A stretch of DNA of 64,000 nt, taken from Thiotrichaceae bacterium (GTDB lineage: Bacteria > Pseudomonadota > Gammaproteobacteria > UBA5859). Positions 8,832-18,630 of the stretch are shown here, piece by piece. The position numbers and the translations under genes were made by a program. Where the stretch lies: the NCBI GenBank assembly GCA_041940025.1, contig JBGTSY010000001.1, forward strand, positions 445,362 to 509,361, written 5' to 3'. How positions within the stretch are numbered: position 1 is the stretch's first letter; the number at the start of each line of letters is the position of its first letter. A model generated the notes under the pieces. The model was given only the letters and a program-made list of their open reading frames with translations, ran no database searches and was not told the DNA's origin.

Positions 8832-11358
8832 TGTCTCGCTTTTAGTCAAAAGTATTGTTCTCGGTCCAATTCGATTTCATCCGGGACGCACCTTGACGAT
8901 GCTAATTAGTGTTGTCATTGGTGTGGCCTTGTGTGTGGCCGTAGATGCCATCAATAGTGCTGCGCTAAAGCAGTTTCAAGTCAGCGCAAGCATGTTGTCC
9001 GCTCAGTCGGATTTTTATCTTGAGTCGCGCGACGGACAGATTGACCCTTCCATATTACAGACGATTAGTCATTGGCCGGAAGTTGATAATACCTTTGCGA
9101 TGATTCAACGTGATTGGCCACTCAGCCACAAGCACAATGGTGACACGATAACGGTAACAGCCTTTGATTTTTCACAGGATGACAGGTTCAATGCATTAGG
9201 CGATGTAGGCACGGCGCTGAAATTACTGTCCATACCCGTACCTTTTACGATTCCCGCACTGGTCTCCTACGAAACTTTGTCCCACTTCGGTTGGCAGATT
9301 AACAGTCAGATCTGGCTAGAGACTGAAACAGGCCAACAATCGGTGACTATTGTCGCGGCATTTCCGGCCACGGGACTGATCACCGATGGCATTCTTATGG
9401 ACATTCAGCAAGCCAGGCAGCGATTGAGTTTAGATGGAAAAATTGATCGCTTAGACGTGCGATTAAAAATGCCAGAGCGCATGTATGCGGTTCAACAAAA
9501 GATCACTAAAACCTGGCCAAACATCATACTCTCTAATGCATTAATCGATCGTCAGAGAGTGAAAGCGATGACGCGAGCGTACCGTATTAATCTCGGCATG
9601 CTCTCATTAGTGGCTTTACTGACAGCGGGTTTTCTGGTGTTTAGTTTGTTGTCTCTTTCGTTCCGCCGTCGGCGAGAACAGTTACAGTTATTGAGATTAT
9701 TAGGCTTATCTCGTTTTTCCTTATTAATTAATTTGGCATTCGAAAGCTTATTGATAGGGGTGGTGGGAAGCACGATTGGTTTACTACTGGGTATCGCATT
9801 AGCGCAGATAGGAGTTCAGTTATTAGGCGGAGATTTGGGCGCCGGCTATTTTAAAATTGATGTGTCTACAATAGAGTTACAGATACACAAGATATCAATC
9901 TATTTTTTTCTTGGACTGGGTGTGACTGTGTTAAGCAGCGTGATACCCATTAGCTTGATATTCTTGCAGACCAAACAACCGATGATTCGATCTGGGGCGG
10001 CGGAGGATGTGCATTGGATCTCTGGGAAAACGGGTTTGATAGCTGCTGCTCTACTGTTGTTGTTGGCGTACTATTTAGCCACACAGCCCGCAATTGCCTC
10101 CCTACCGATAGGTGGATACGGCGCTATCCTGGCATGTTTAATGAGTGGCTATTTCATCTTGCCCGCGTTTATTCAGTTGTGTTTAGGTTGGGTTCGATTG
10201 AGTCGAGTTCCCCCAGCTCTGTTTGTCGCCATTAACCAACTTAGAGGGGCACCCGGCCGTGCAGCGAATGCCAGTGGTGCAGTGTTAGTGAGTTTTGCGT
10301 TACTGGTTGCCATGACCTCAATGGTGTATTCATTTCGGACTACAGTGGTGGCATGGTTAGATGATGTATTGGCTGCGGACTATTATCTATTTGTCAAAGG
10401 TGACGATCCATCTTTTCGCTTTCAACTGGCAGATCTAGAAGAGATCCGAAAACTGCCCTATATCTTTAGAGCATCGCCGATTCTGGATATGGACTATCTA
10501 TATGGAAGCGATCCACTGAGTCATCCGATTAAATTCAGTGCCAGGGATTTCGCTGATGCCAAAATAAGAGAACTGTTTATTCAGGAAAAGGCCACAGTAA
10601 ACACATTTGATCGAAGAAATGAGATAATTGTTTCAGAAACGTTTTCTGGCATCTATAAAAAGGAAGTTGGCGAGACAGTTCAACTCAATTTTCAAGGAGA
10701 GGAGTATTCGTTCCGAATTGCAAGTATATGGCGCGACTATGGTTACCAATTCGGCCGTATTCTGATGGATTTCGACCGATATCGAGAGTTGACAGGTAGT
10801 CACGATTTTAATGGCATCGCATTAGTGACAGAAACTGCTATTTCGTCAATAGAGTTAAAAAAACAAATGAAAGAACAATTGCCAGGCAGTTTACATTTAG
10901 AATTGGTGAGTAGTTCTGATATTAAATCAGTTAGTATCAATATATTTGACAGAACCTTTGCAATCACCTACGTATTGGTTTTTATTGCGGGAGTTGTGGG
11001 GCTGTTTTCAGTGATCAATACATTGGCAATGCAGTCCCGGGAAAGGTTATCAGAGTTTGGCATGTTGCGACACCTTGGCATGGGTTCTTCTTCCGTAGCC
11101 AATTGTTTAGCGTTTGAATCCATGTTGTTAATGATGGTTGGCGTGCTTACTGGAACCCTGGTGGGATTGGCCATATCGATGATTTTGATTCATGTAGTGA
11201 ATGCGCAATCTTTTCATTGGACCATTGATACTTATCTTCCAATAGTACAATTAACCCTGTTTATTTTCGGATTTATTGCATTAGGTTGGTTCGGCGGCAT
11301 GATTTTTGGCTGGCAAACTGCTCGACAGGATCCAGTGGCGGCAGTTCGTTCAGAGTAG
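8782..11358 (+). CDS. FtsX-family ABC transporter permease (YbbP-like, duplicated FtsX domains)
   Basis: 858 aa. N-terminal WRSVSLL resembles the YbbP N-terminus. There are two MacB-like permease halves. The exact start is uncertain because it overlaps the ATPase gene by about 50 nt. Confidence 0.75.
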   Translation: MRIRLAILKTINLHWRSVSLLVKSIVLGPIRFHPGRTLTMLISVVIGVALCVAVDAINSAALKQFQVSASMLSAQSDFYLESRDGQIDPSILQTISHWPEVDNTFAMIQRDWPLSHKHNGDTITVTAFDFSQDDRFNALGDVGTALKLLSIPVPFTIPALVSYETLSHFGWQINSQIWLETETGQQSVTIVAAFPATGLITDGILMDIQQARQRLSLDGKIDRLDVRLKMPERMYAVQQKITKTWPNIILSNALIDRQRVKAMTRAYRINLGMLSLVALLTAGFLVFSLLSLSFRRRREQLQLLRLLGLSRFSLLINLAFESLLIGVVGSTIGLLLGIALAQIGVQLLGGDLGAGYFKIDVSTIELQIHKISIYFFLGLGVTVLSSVIPISLIFLQTKQPMIRSGAAEDVHWISGKTGLIAAALLLLLAYYLATQPAIASLPIGGYGAILACLMSGYFILPAFIQLCLGWVRLSRVPPALFVAINQLRGAPGRAANASGAVLVSFALLVAMTSMVYSFRTTVVAWLDDVLAADYYLFVKGDDPSFRFQLADLEEIRKLPYIFRASPILDMDYLYGSDPLSHPIKFSARDFADAKIRELFIQEKATVNTFDRRNEIIVSETFSGIYKKEVGETVQLNFQGEEYSFRIASIWRDYGYQFGRILMDFDRYRELTGSHDFNGIALVTETAISSIELKKQMKEQLPGSLHLELVSSSDIKSVSINIFDRTFAITYVLVFIAGVVGLFSVINTLAMQSRERLSEFGMLRHLGMGSSSVANCLAFESMLLMMVGVLTGTLVGLAISMILIHVVNAQSFHWTIDTYLPIVQLTLFIFGFIALGWFGGMIFGWQTARQDPVAAVRSE

Positions 11359-11372
11359 GCATGATACGCCCT

Positions 11373-12098
11373 CTATAAATTCAGAATCATTTCCCACTCC
11401 TCTGCCGAAGGTTCGAATTCTCTTCCCTTATAGAATTCGAAAATTGCATCTACTACCTCTTTTGCAGAATCTGCGATTTGAATCAGATCTAAATCTTCTT
11501 CGTCGATCATGTTTTCGCCCAACATTCTTTCTTTCACCCAATCGAGAAAGCCTTGCCAATAGGTAGACTTCACTAACACAATGGGGATCTGGCGAGATTT
11601 TCCGGTTTGCACCAATGTTAAGATTTCGGCGAGTTCATCTAACGTGCCGAACCCACCCGGCAACACCACGTACGCGGAGGCATATTTCACGAACATGACT
11701 TTGCGGGCGAAGAAGTGTCTAAAATGGAGCGAGATATCTTGGTAATCATTGGCAGACTGTTCATTGGGCAAAATGATATTCAAACCAATACTGGGGGAGC
11801 TGCCGGCGGCAGCGCCTTTATTGGCAGCTTCCATAATTCCGGGGCCGCCACCACTGACCACAGAGAAGCCAGAGTTTGACAGTTCATTGGCGATATCTTC
11901 TGCCAACTTATAATATGGATGGTTCTGTGCCATGCGCGCTGAACCAAAAATGCTTACCGAAGGTTTGATTTTGGCGAGCTTTTCAAATCCCTCCACAAAT
12001 TCTGCGATGATTTGAAAGATTTTCCAAGATTCGCGGGTTAATGCGCGATCGTTTAGCGGTTCCATGCGTAGGTGGGCAGAGGGATCTAAATCATCCAT
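11373..12098 (-). CDS. LOG family protein (TIGR00730; cytokinin riboside 5'-monophosphate phosphoribohydrolase-like)
   Basis: Motifs GGGPGIMEAANKGA and PGGFGTLDE. Confidence 0.8.
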   Translation of the reverse strand: MDDLDPSAHLRMEPLNDRALTRESWKIFQIIAEFVEGFEKLAKIKPSVSIFGSARMAQNHPYYKLAEDIANELSNSGFSVVSGGGPGIMEAANKGAAAGSSPSIGLNIILPNEQSANDYQDISLHFRHFFARKVMFVKYASAYVVLPGGFGTLDELAEILTLVQTGKSRQIPIVLVKSTYWQGFLDWVKERMLGENMIDEEDLDLIQIADSAKEVVDAIFEFYKGREFEPSAEEWEMILNL

Positions 12099-12137
12099 AA
12101 TAGTATCTCTTACATTCTCAATAAAAGTTTAAGTGAT

Positions 12138-14819
12138 ATGAATTCACCCAAGCCAATTATCTTGGTTGACGGCTCTTCCTTTCTATATCGGGCGTACCAC
12201 GCCATGCCTACACTCACAAATTCAAAAGGGGCGCATACTGGTGCGATATACGGCGTTGTCAATATGCTACGTCGCCTAATTAAAGAGGCTCAGCCGGAGT
12301 GTATGGCGGTGGTGTTTGATGCCAAGGGAAAAACCTTTCGCGATGACTGGTATGCGGAATATAAAGCCAACAGGCCGCCGATGCCAGCAGATTTACGGGC
12401 GCAAATTGAGCCACTCCACGCCATTATTCAGGCTTTAGGGATACCCATCATTGTTGAATCTGGCGTGGAAGCGGACGACGTTATTGGTACCTTGGTCTCT
12501 CAGGTTGAGGGATGGAACACACCTACCTGGATAGTATCTGGTGATAAAGATTTAGCGCAATTAGTGAATGACCAGGTATTGCTGTATGACACCATGAAAG
12601 AAGAAAAATATGGTCCTCAGGAAGTAGAGAATAAATTTGGTGTCAAACCGAGCCAACTCGTTGATTTTTTAACTTTGGTGGGAGATGCAGTGGACAATAT
12701 CCCCGGTGTCCCCAAAGTCGGCCCAAAAACGGCCGCGAAGTGGTTGAATATGTATGGTGATTTAAGTTCGATTCTCGATTCAGCTGATGAAATCAAGGGG
12801 CAAGTGGGCAATCAATTACGTCAATCTCGGGAGCAACTTCCGCTCTCCAAAAAGCTAGTGACCATCGTGAGAGACTTAGATTTACCGGTTGAAGTGAATC
12901 AATTGCATATTGGCGAGCCCAATGAGCAAGAGCTGAAGCAGTTGTATCAGGAGTTAGAGTTCAAAAGTTGGTTGAAAGAGCTGTTGGATAAAGAGCCGCA
13001 ACCCGCCCGTGAACCAAAATATGAAATAGTCTTCACTGAGAGCCAATTGAATCAATGGATAGACAGATTGTCTCAAGCGAAGTTGTTTGCTTTTGACACC
13101 GAGACCACCAGTCTGAATTATATGCAGGCTGAGTTGGTTGGAGTCTCTTTTGCTGTTGAAACAGGATCCGCCGCCTATGTACCACTGGCACATGACTATG
13201 AGTCTGCGCCTCCACAGTTGTCCAGGGAAGATGTTCTGAAGGTGTTAAAACCTTTGTTGGAGAGTGACGTACACGCCAAGGTGGGTCAAAACCTAAAATA
13301 TGACATGAATGTCTTGGCCAATCACGACGTGCATCTCAAGGGAGTGGAATTTGACACCATGCTGGAATCCTATGTTTTAGACAGTACGGTGACTCGCCAT
13401 GATATGGATTCGTTGGCACTCAAGTATCTTGGCCATAACTGTATCCATTTTGAAGACATTGCAGGTAAGGGCAAAAATCAATCCACATTCAACCAAATTC
13501 AAATTGAACAGGCGGGGCCATATGCCGCTGAGGACGCGGATATTACTTTACAACTACATCAGGTTCTATGGCCCAAACTGACTCAGCAGAGTGCACTTCA
13601 GCAGATCTTTGTAGAGATTGAAATGCCATTGCTAGCAATCTTGTCTCGTATGGAGAGAAACGGAGTGCTTCTGGATGCGGATAAATTACATCAACAAAGC
13701 AAAGAGCTTAGCAAGGAACTAGAACAACTTGAACAGCGGGCATTTGACGAGGCAGGTACCACATTTAATTTAAATTCACCTAAACAGATCCAGGAAATTT
13801 TATATACTCAGCTAGAACTTCCTGTATTGGCAAAAACGCCCAAGGGACAGCCCTCCACTGCTGAGCCGGTGTTACAAGAATTGGCGCAAGACTACCTGTT
13901 ACCTGAACTTATTTTGCACTATCGAAGTTTAAGTAAACTAAAGTCTACCTATACAGACAAATTGCCGGAACTCATCGTGCGAGAGACGGGAAGGGTTCAT
14001 ACTTCATATCATCAAGCCGTTGCCAGCACCGGTAGACTATCTTCATCTGATCCAAATTTACAAAACATTCCCATACGCACAGAGGCGGGTAGAAGAATCA
14101 GACAGGCATTTATTGCTGCTGAGGGTTATCAATTTGTAGCTGCAGATTATTCTCAAATCGAACTACGCATCATGGCGCATCTATCTAAAGATCCCATGCT
14201 GTTAGAGGCATTTTCATTGAACTTGGATATTCACCGTGCGACCGCAGCAGAAGTGTTTGCGACCGATCTGCACGATGTGAGTGGGGAGCAGAGACGTCGG
14301 GCAAAAGCGATAAACTTTGGCTTGATCTATGGCATGTCTGCATTCGGTTTGGCGAAACAGATCAAAGTCTCCAGAGCGGAAGCGCAGAAATATATTGATG
14401 TTTATTTTGAGCGTTATCCCGGCGTACACAGATACATGGAGGAGACGGTCACGCGCGCCAAAGAAGAAGGCTTTGTAGAAACGATATTCGGACGCCGACT
14501 TTATCTTCCGGAAATAAATTCGCGGAACGCCCAACGCCGTCAATATGCAGAGCGCACGGCAATCAACGCGCCGATGCAGGGTAGTGCAGCAGATATAATC
14601 AAGAAAGCGATGATTACATCGGATGAAATAATAAAAAAAGATAAATACGATGCTAAGATGATTCTTCAAGTTCATGATGAGTTGGTATTTGAGGTAAAAA
14701 ATAGTCATCAAGAGCAGCTGAAAAAAAATATTAAAGATTGTATGGAGCACGCCGTTCAATTGGATGTACCACTCGTTGTCAATATTGGGATAGGCAGCAA
14801 CTGGGATGAAGCACATTGA
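12138..14819 (+). CDS. polA: DNA polymerase I
   Basis: 893 aa. 5'-3' exonuclease N-terminus, 3'-5' exonuclease (FDTETTSL) and polymerase motifs (DYSQIELRIMAHLS, QVHDELVFE). Confidence 0.97.
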   Translation: MNSPKPIILVDGSSFLYRAYHAMPTLTNSKGAHTGAIYGVVNMLRRLIKEAQPECMAVVFDAKGKTFRDDWYAEYKANRPPMPADLRAQIEPLHAIIQALGIPIIVESGVEADDVIGTLVSQVEGWNTPTWIVSGDKDLAQLVNDQVLLYDTMKEEKYGPQEVENKFGVKPSQLVDFLTLVGDAVDNIPGVPKVGPKTAAKWLNMYGDLSSILDSADEIKGQVGNQLRQSREQLPLSKKLVTIVRDLDLPVEVNQLHIGEPNEQELKQLYQELEFKSWLKELLDKEPQPAREPKYEIVFTESQLNQWIDRLSQAKLFAFDTETTSLNYMQAELVGVSFAVETGSAAYVPLAHDYESAPPQLSREDVLKVLKPLLESDVHAKVGQNLKYDMNVLANHDVHLKGVEFDTMLESYVLDSTVTRHDMDSLALKYLGHNCIHFEDIAGKGKNQSTFNQIQIEQAGPYAAEDADITLQLHQVLWPKLTQQSALQQIFVEIEMPLLAILSRMERNGVLLDADKLHQQSKELSKELEQLEQRAFDEAGTTFNLNSPKQIQEILYTQLELPVLAKTPKGQPSTAEPVLQELAQDYLLPELILHYRSLSKLKSTYTDKLPELIVRETGRVHTSYHQAVASTGRLSSSDPNLQNIPIRTEAGRRIRQAFIAAEGYQFVAADYSQIELRIMAHLSKDPMLLEAFSLNLDIHRATAAEVFATDLHDVSGEQRRRAKAINFGLIYGMSAFGLAKQIKVSRAEAQKYIDVYFERYPGVHRYMEETVTRAKEEGFVETIFGRRLYLPEINSRNAQRRQYAERTAINAPMQGSAADIIKKAMITSDEIIKKDKYDAKMILQVHDELVFEVKNSHQEQLKKNIKDCMEHAVQLDVPLVVNIGIGSNWDEAH

Positions 14820-14982
14820 CTCTCTTTCGATTGGACGGATGTAAGATTTAATTCTTGAGCTTCATTTTTTGCTGTGATATAGGTATGTTTTTGAATCACG
14901 CATTGCGATGCAATGTAAGCTACCAAGTGAGATCGACGTTGGTAGGTAACGATCCCCGGCGACCCCAGGCCGGGTAAATTCA

Positions 14983-15021
14983 CCCCGGTTCCTCCCCCCT
15001 TATAAACCGGGGTATTTTTTT
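14983..15021 (+). terminator. Rho-independent terminator after polA (a second hairpin lies at about 14954-14977)
   Basis: ccccggtt...aaccgggg stem followed by tattttttt. Confidence 0.5.
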
Positions 15022-15042
15022 GCCTGAAGAAAAGGATGACTT

Positions 15043-15651
15043 TCAATCGATACCAAGCTTAATCGCAATTATCGATCTGGCTTCATTGACTCCTAATTTC
15101 TTTGTGGCGGAAAAGAGGATCACCTGAATATCTAGATCGTAGTCAGCGCAGTGGTTGCGCACTAGCTTTAACTGCTTTTGCCGCTCACTTTGATTTAACT
15201 TATCAGTCTTGGTGAGCAAAATCAGTGCAGGTAAATTTGAGGATTGGCACCATGCCAACATTTGTCGATCATAGTCTGTTAATGGGTGGCGGACATCCAT
15301 TACCAGGACCAATGCTTTTAAACTAAGCCGTTGCTGTAAATATTGAGACAAGGTGTGTTGCCAACGGCGTTTCACCGCGTGAGGAACTTTGGCGAAGCCA
15401 TAACCGGGCAGATCCACTAGCCGACGTGCCGAATCCAACTGAAAGAAATTGATCTGCTGCGTTCGTCCTGGTGATTTACTCGTACGTGCGAGGTTTCGTC
15501 TAAGCGTCAACGCATTGATTGCACTGGATTTACCAGAATTTGAGCGGCCCGCAAAAGCCACTTCTGTACCCTCGTCTGGGGGTAGTTGGGAGAGATCGGC
15601 TGCGCCGCCAATGAATTGCGTGTGCTGGAATAAAGATTGTACGTCCATCAA
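15043..15651 (-). CDS. engB: Ribosome biogenesis GTP-binding protein EngB/YihA
   Basis: G1 box GRSNSGKSSAINAL. 202 aa. Divergent from polA as in many gammaproteobacteria. Confidence 0.9.
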   Translation of the reverse strand: MMDVQSLFQHTQFIGGAADLSQLPPDEGTEVAFAGRSNSGKSSAINALTLRRNLARTSKSPGRTQQINFFQLDSARRLVDLPGYGFAKVPHAVKRRWQHTLSQYLQQRLSLKALVLVMDVRHPLTDYDRQMLAWCQSSNLPALILLTKTDKLNQSERQKQLKLVRNHCADYDLDIQVILFSATKKLGVNEARSIIAIKLGID

Positions 15652-15802
15652 AAGTTAGAGATCCCTATATTATTTCTCATGATCGTGTAGAATGGCGCCG
15701 CATTCCAAGTTCCCCTAGAGAATGTGAGCCTTAATAATGAAAGTCATTATTTTGAGCCGGATAATTGTATCTTAGGTATAGAATATTTATGGAGATGATG
15801 TC

Positions 15803-16129
15803 ATGAAGAACCTTGTTGCTGTAGTCGGGTTTTGTCTATTGTCTGTAGCGTCCTTTGTGCAAGCAGAAGAAGATGGTAAAAAAATTTATGAGAGTGCCTG
15901 TTTTGCATGTCATAACGCCGGTATTGCAGGAGCCCCCAAACTAGGGGATGCCGCACAGTGGGGACCACGTTTAGAAAAAGGTGTGGCTACCATCAAACAG
16001 AACGCGATTAAAGGATTTTCTGGCAAGACGGGGTTTATGCCGGCGAAAGGTGGTCGTGCAGATCTTTCCGATGCCGCCGTCGAGGCAGCTGTGGATTATA
16101 TGTTGTCTCAAACAAAAACTGCTGAATAA
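15803..16129 (+). CDS. Cytochrome c5 (mono-haem, class I)
   Basis: Signal peptide and a single CxxCH (CFACHNAG). 108 aa. Confidence 0.75.
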   Translation: MKNLVAVVGFCLLSVASFVQAEEDGKKIYESACFACHNAGIAGAPKLGDAAQWGPRLEKGVATIKQNAIKGFSGKTGFMPAKGGRADLSDAAVEAAVDYMLSQTKTAE

Positions 16130-16152
16130 TCTAAGGCTAAGAGGAGTTTACC

Positions 16153-16779
16153 ATGAATTTGCGTTGCCTTCTTGGTATGGCTTTAGCGCTATCATCACAG
16201 GTGCTAACGGCTGCTTCTGACAAGCATGAAATACTTGCAGATGCAAAAGCTGGTGAGAAAGCTGCTGTTGTTTGCGGAAGTTGTCATGGCGTCAAGGGCG
16301 AAAGCTCAAATGCGCTTTTTCCCAGTATTGCCGGTCAAAACGAAAAATATATCATAAAACAGCTTAAAGACTTTCAGTCTTCAAAACGCCAAGATCCAGT
16401 GATGAATGCACAGGTGGCGAATCTCTCTGAAGAGGACATCGTCAATATTGCCGCATTTTATGCGCAACAGGATATGCCCATGGGAGAGGCGGATCCCTCA
16501 GTAGTGGCACTGGGGGAGGCTATTTATCGGGGTGGAAATTTGACTAAACAGATTACTGCCTGCGGCGCCTGTCACGGACCATCAGGAGCGGGCAATTTAC
16601 CCGCCGGATTTCCGCAATTGTCCGGACAACAGGTGGCCTATACTGTCAAACAACTCGAAGCTTTCCGTAGAGGAGATCGCGCTAACGATGCAAATGGTAT
16701 GATGCGTTCCATAGCCGCACGCATGAGTGACGCCGAAATCAAGGCGGTGGCGGAATATATACGTGGCTTGAGGCCCTAG
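16153..16779 (+). CDS. Cytochrome c4 (di-haem)
   Basis: Signal peptide and two CxxCH motifs (CGSCHG, CGACHG). 208 aa. Confidence 0.85.
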   Translation: MNLRCLLGMALALSSQVLTAASDKHEILADAKAGEKAAVVCGSCHGVKGESSNALFPSIAGQNEKYIIKQLKDFQSSKRQDPVMNAQVANLSEEDIVNIAAFYAQQDMPMGEADPSVVALGEAIYRGGNLTKQITACGACHGPSGAGNLPAGFPQLSGQQVAYTVKQLEAFRRGDRANDANGMMRSIAARMSDAEIKAVAEYIRGLRP

Positions 16780-16807
16780 TACGGATCAGGAGCCATCCAG
16801 AGAAAAA

Positions 16808-16833
16808 GGGAGCTTATGCTCCCTTTTCTTTTT
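16808..16833 (+). terminator. Rho-independent terminator after cytochrome c4
   Basis: gggagc-ttat-gctccc followed by a T-rich run. Confidence 0.5.
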
Positions 16834-16904
16834 GTCGAATAAGAATGTAGGCAGTGAAATCTCTGATAAAATAAAAGCGAGTCGTTCTACAAAGGAGTGA
16901 TAGG

Positions 16905-17558
16905 GTGAAGATGCAAAAGATGCAGTGGTATAAGGGTTTTCTGATCTGTTTGTTCTGTTGGCTAAACACGTGGACACTAAATGCTGCCGAACAAATTGTT
17001 GAGGGTAAACACTATTTCCTCATCGAACCTGTTCAGGAAACAGCCGATGCGGAGAAAATAGAAGTGCGGGAATATTTTTGGTATGGCTGTCCACACTGCT
17101 ACCAATTTGAGCCTTTATTAGACAGATGGAAAGAAAACAAACCAGCCGATGTGCTCTTCAGACGAGAGCCTGCTGCTTTGGGAAAACATTGGGTGAATCA
17201 CGCGAAAGCCTATTATGCCGCAGATCAACTTGGTGTCTTAGAGCAAGTGCATGGTGCACTTTTTGAGGCCATGCATATGAAAAAAGAGCGTCTCAGTAGT
17301 GAAAAAGAGTTGGCGCAGTTTTTTGCCAAGTTTGGTGTGGAAAAAGAAGCATTTGAAAAAGCATTTTCTTCTTTTTCTGTTGATCAAAAACTTCGAAAAT
17401 CTCGTGCAGAGATGTTGGCCACCGGTGCAACGGGCGTGCCTGTGATTATCGTGAATGGAAAATATCGGACTGATGGACCAGCGGCAGGAAGTCATGAGCG
17501 TCTTTTAGAAGTAGTAGATTTTTTAATTCGGCAGGAGCGGGTAGCAGATTCGCAATAG
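16905..17558 (+). CDS. dsbA: Thiol:disulfide interchange protein DsbA
   Basis: Signal peptide and CPHC active site (YGCPHCYQFEP). 217 aa. Confidence 0.85.
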   Translation: MKMQKMQWYKGFLICLFCWLNTWTLNAAEQIVEGKHYFLIEPVQETADAEKIEVREYFWYGCPHCYQFEPLLDRWKENKPADVLFRREPAALGKHWVNHAKAYYAADQLGVLEQVHGALFEAMHMKKERLSSEKELAQFFAKFGVEKEAFEKAFSSFSVDQKLRKSRAEMLATGATGVPVIIVNGKYRTDGPAAGSHERLLEVVDFLIRQERVADSQ

Positions 17559-17586
17559 AGCAGGATCTGAAGTTGGAGTTGCTGCT

Positions 17587-18423
17587 ATGTCAGTTAGAAA
17601 CGAGGTTCTGGTGCATCACGGCGCGCATCGTGAACTAAAACACACTATGTCAGGACAGTCACGGCTTCGATTGGTTAGTTATAACATTCAAGTCGGGATA
17701 GAAACCAATCGTTATCGAGATTATGTGAGTGGCGGCTGGCGTCATTTTTTACCTTGCCCTAGAAGACAACGGAACCTGGAGCACATTGCCAATTTAATTC
17801 GGGATTATGACATTGTTGCCTTGCAGGAGGTGGATGCCGGAAGTTTGCGAGGTGATTATATCAATCAAGTTGAATACCTGGCTATGCGAGGTAATTTCCC
17901 TCACTGGTACTTGCAGATTAATCGCAATATAGGTCGATTTGCACAACACGCTCTTGGCCTGCTTAGTCGGGTGCCCCCACAGGAGATCACAGAGCATAAA
18001 TTACCAGGCGTTGTACCGGGAAGAGGGGCAATGGTTGCTCGATTTGGTAGCAACACGCGACCCCTAGTTGTGGTGATTCTGCATCTAGCGTTAGGGCGCA
18101 GAACAAGAAACTTACAGTTAGAATATGTACGGGAACTAACACAAGATGACAAACATGTCATTTTGATGGGTGATTTTAATTGTGAGGCAGCAGAGCTGAT
18201 GCATGAATCGCCCTTGATGGATTCTCCATTCATCATTGCCGATGAAGGACTGCATACTTTTCCCAGTTGGGCACCGCAAAAAAAATTAGATCACATTTTA
18301 TTGACCCATCAGTTTCCCATTCAGAATGCATTTGTTTTGGAAAATGCCACTTCAGATCACCTACCTCTTGCGGTAGAAGTGGAATTACCCCACGACTTAA
18401 GAAAATCTCTCCACAAACGTTAG
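17587..18423 (+). CDS. Endonuclease/exonuclease/phosphatase (EEP) family protein
   Basis: VALQEVD and LMGDFN motifs, and a C-terminal SDHLPL. Conserved next to dsbA in Pseudomonas-like synteny. Confidence 0.75.
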   Translation: MSVRNEVLVHHGAHRELKHTMSGQSRLRLVSYNIQVGIETNRYRDYVSGGWRHFLPCPRRQRNLEHIANLIRDYDIVALQEVDAGSLRGDYINQVEYLAMRGNFPHWYLQINRNIGRFAQHALGLLSRVPPQEITEHKLPGVVPGRGAMVARFGSNTRPLVVVILHLALGRRTRNLQLEYVRELTQDDKHVILMGDFNCEAAELMHESPLMDSPFIIADEGLHTFPSWAPQKKLDHILLTHQFPIQNAFVLENATSDHLPLAVEVELPHDLRKSLHKR

Positions 18424-18630
18424 TGTTGTCCTATGTATCTGCATGGTGCGAGGCTACCGTTTGTCGGCACTAGGCTATAGTTCTTCTTGCGACATACCGA
18501 TAGGGTAAGTAATAAATTAAAAAAACAGTTAATTGACTCTGCAATCATTTTAGATAGTTGAGTCGCAGCTAAACTGAAAATCCTTAGTTATTCATATTAG
18601 ATGGATCCATAGCGATTCAGAGGGTTTTCT

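Noticed and set aside
14214-14816. 200-aa minus-strand ORF inside polA
   Set aside because: It lies wholly antisense to the strongly supported polA reading frame and has a low-complexity, Phe/Ile/Cys-rich translation typical of a spurious antisense ORF.
15690-15710. Near-palindrome gaatggcgccgcattc upstream of cytochrome c5
   Set aside because: The halves are offset, so it is not a true inverted repeat. The match is too weak to call an operator.
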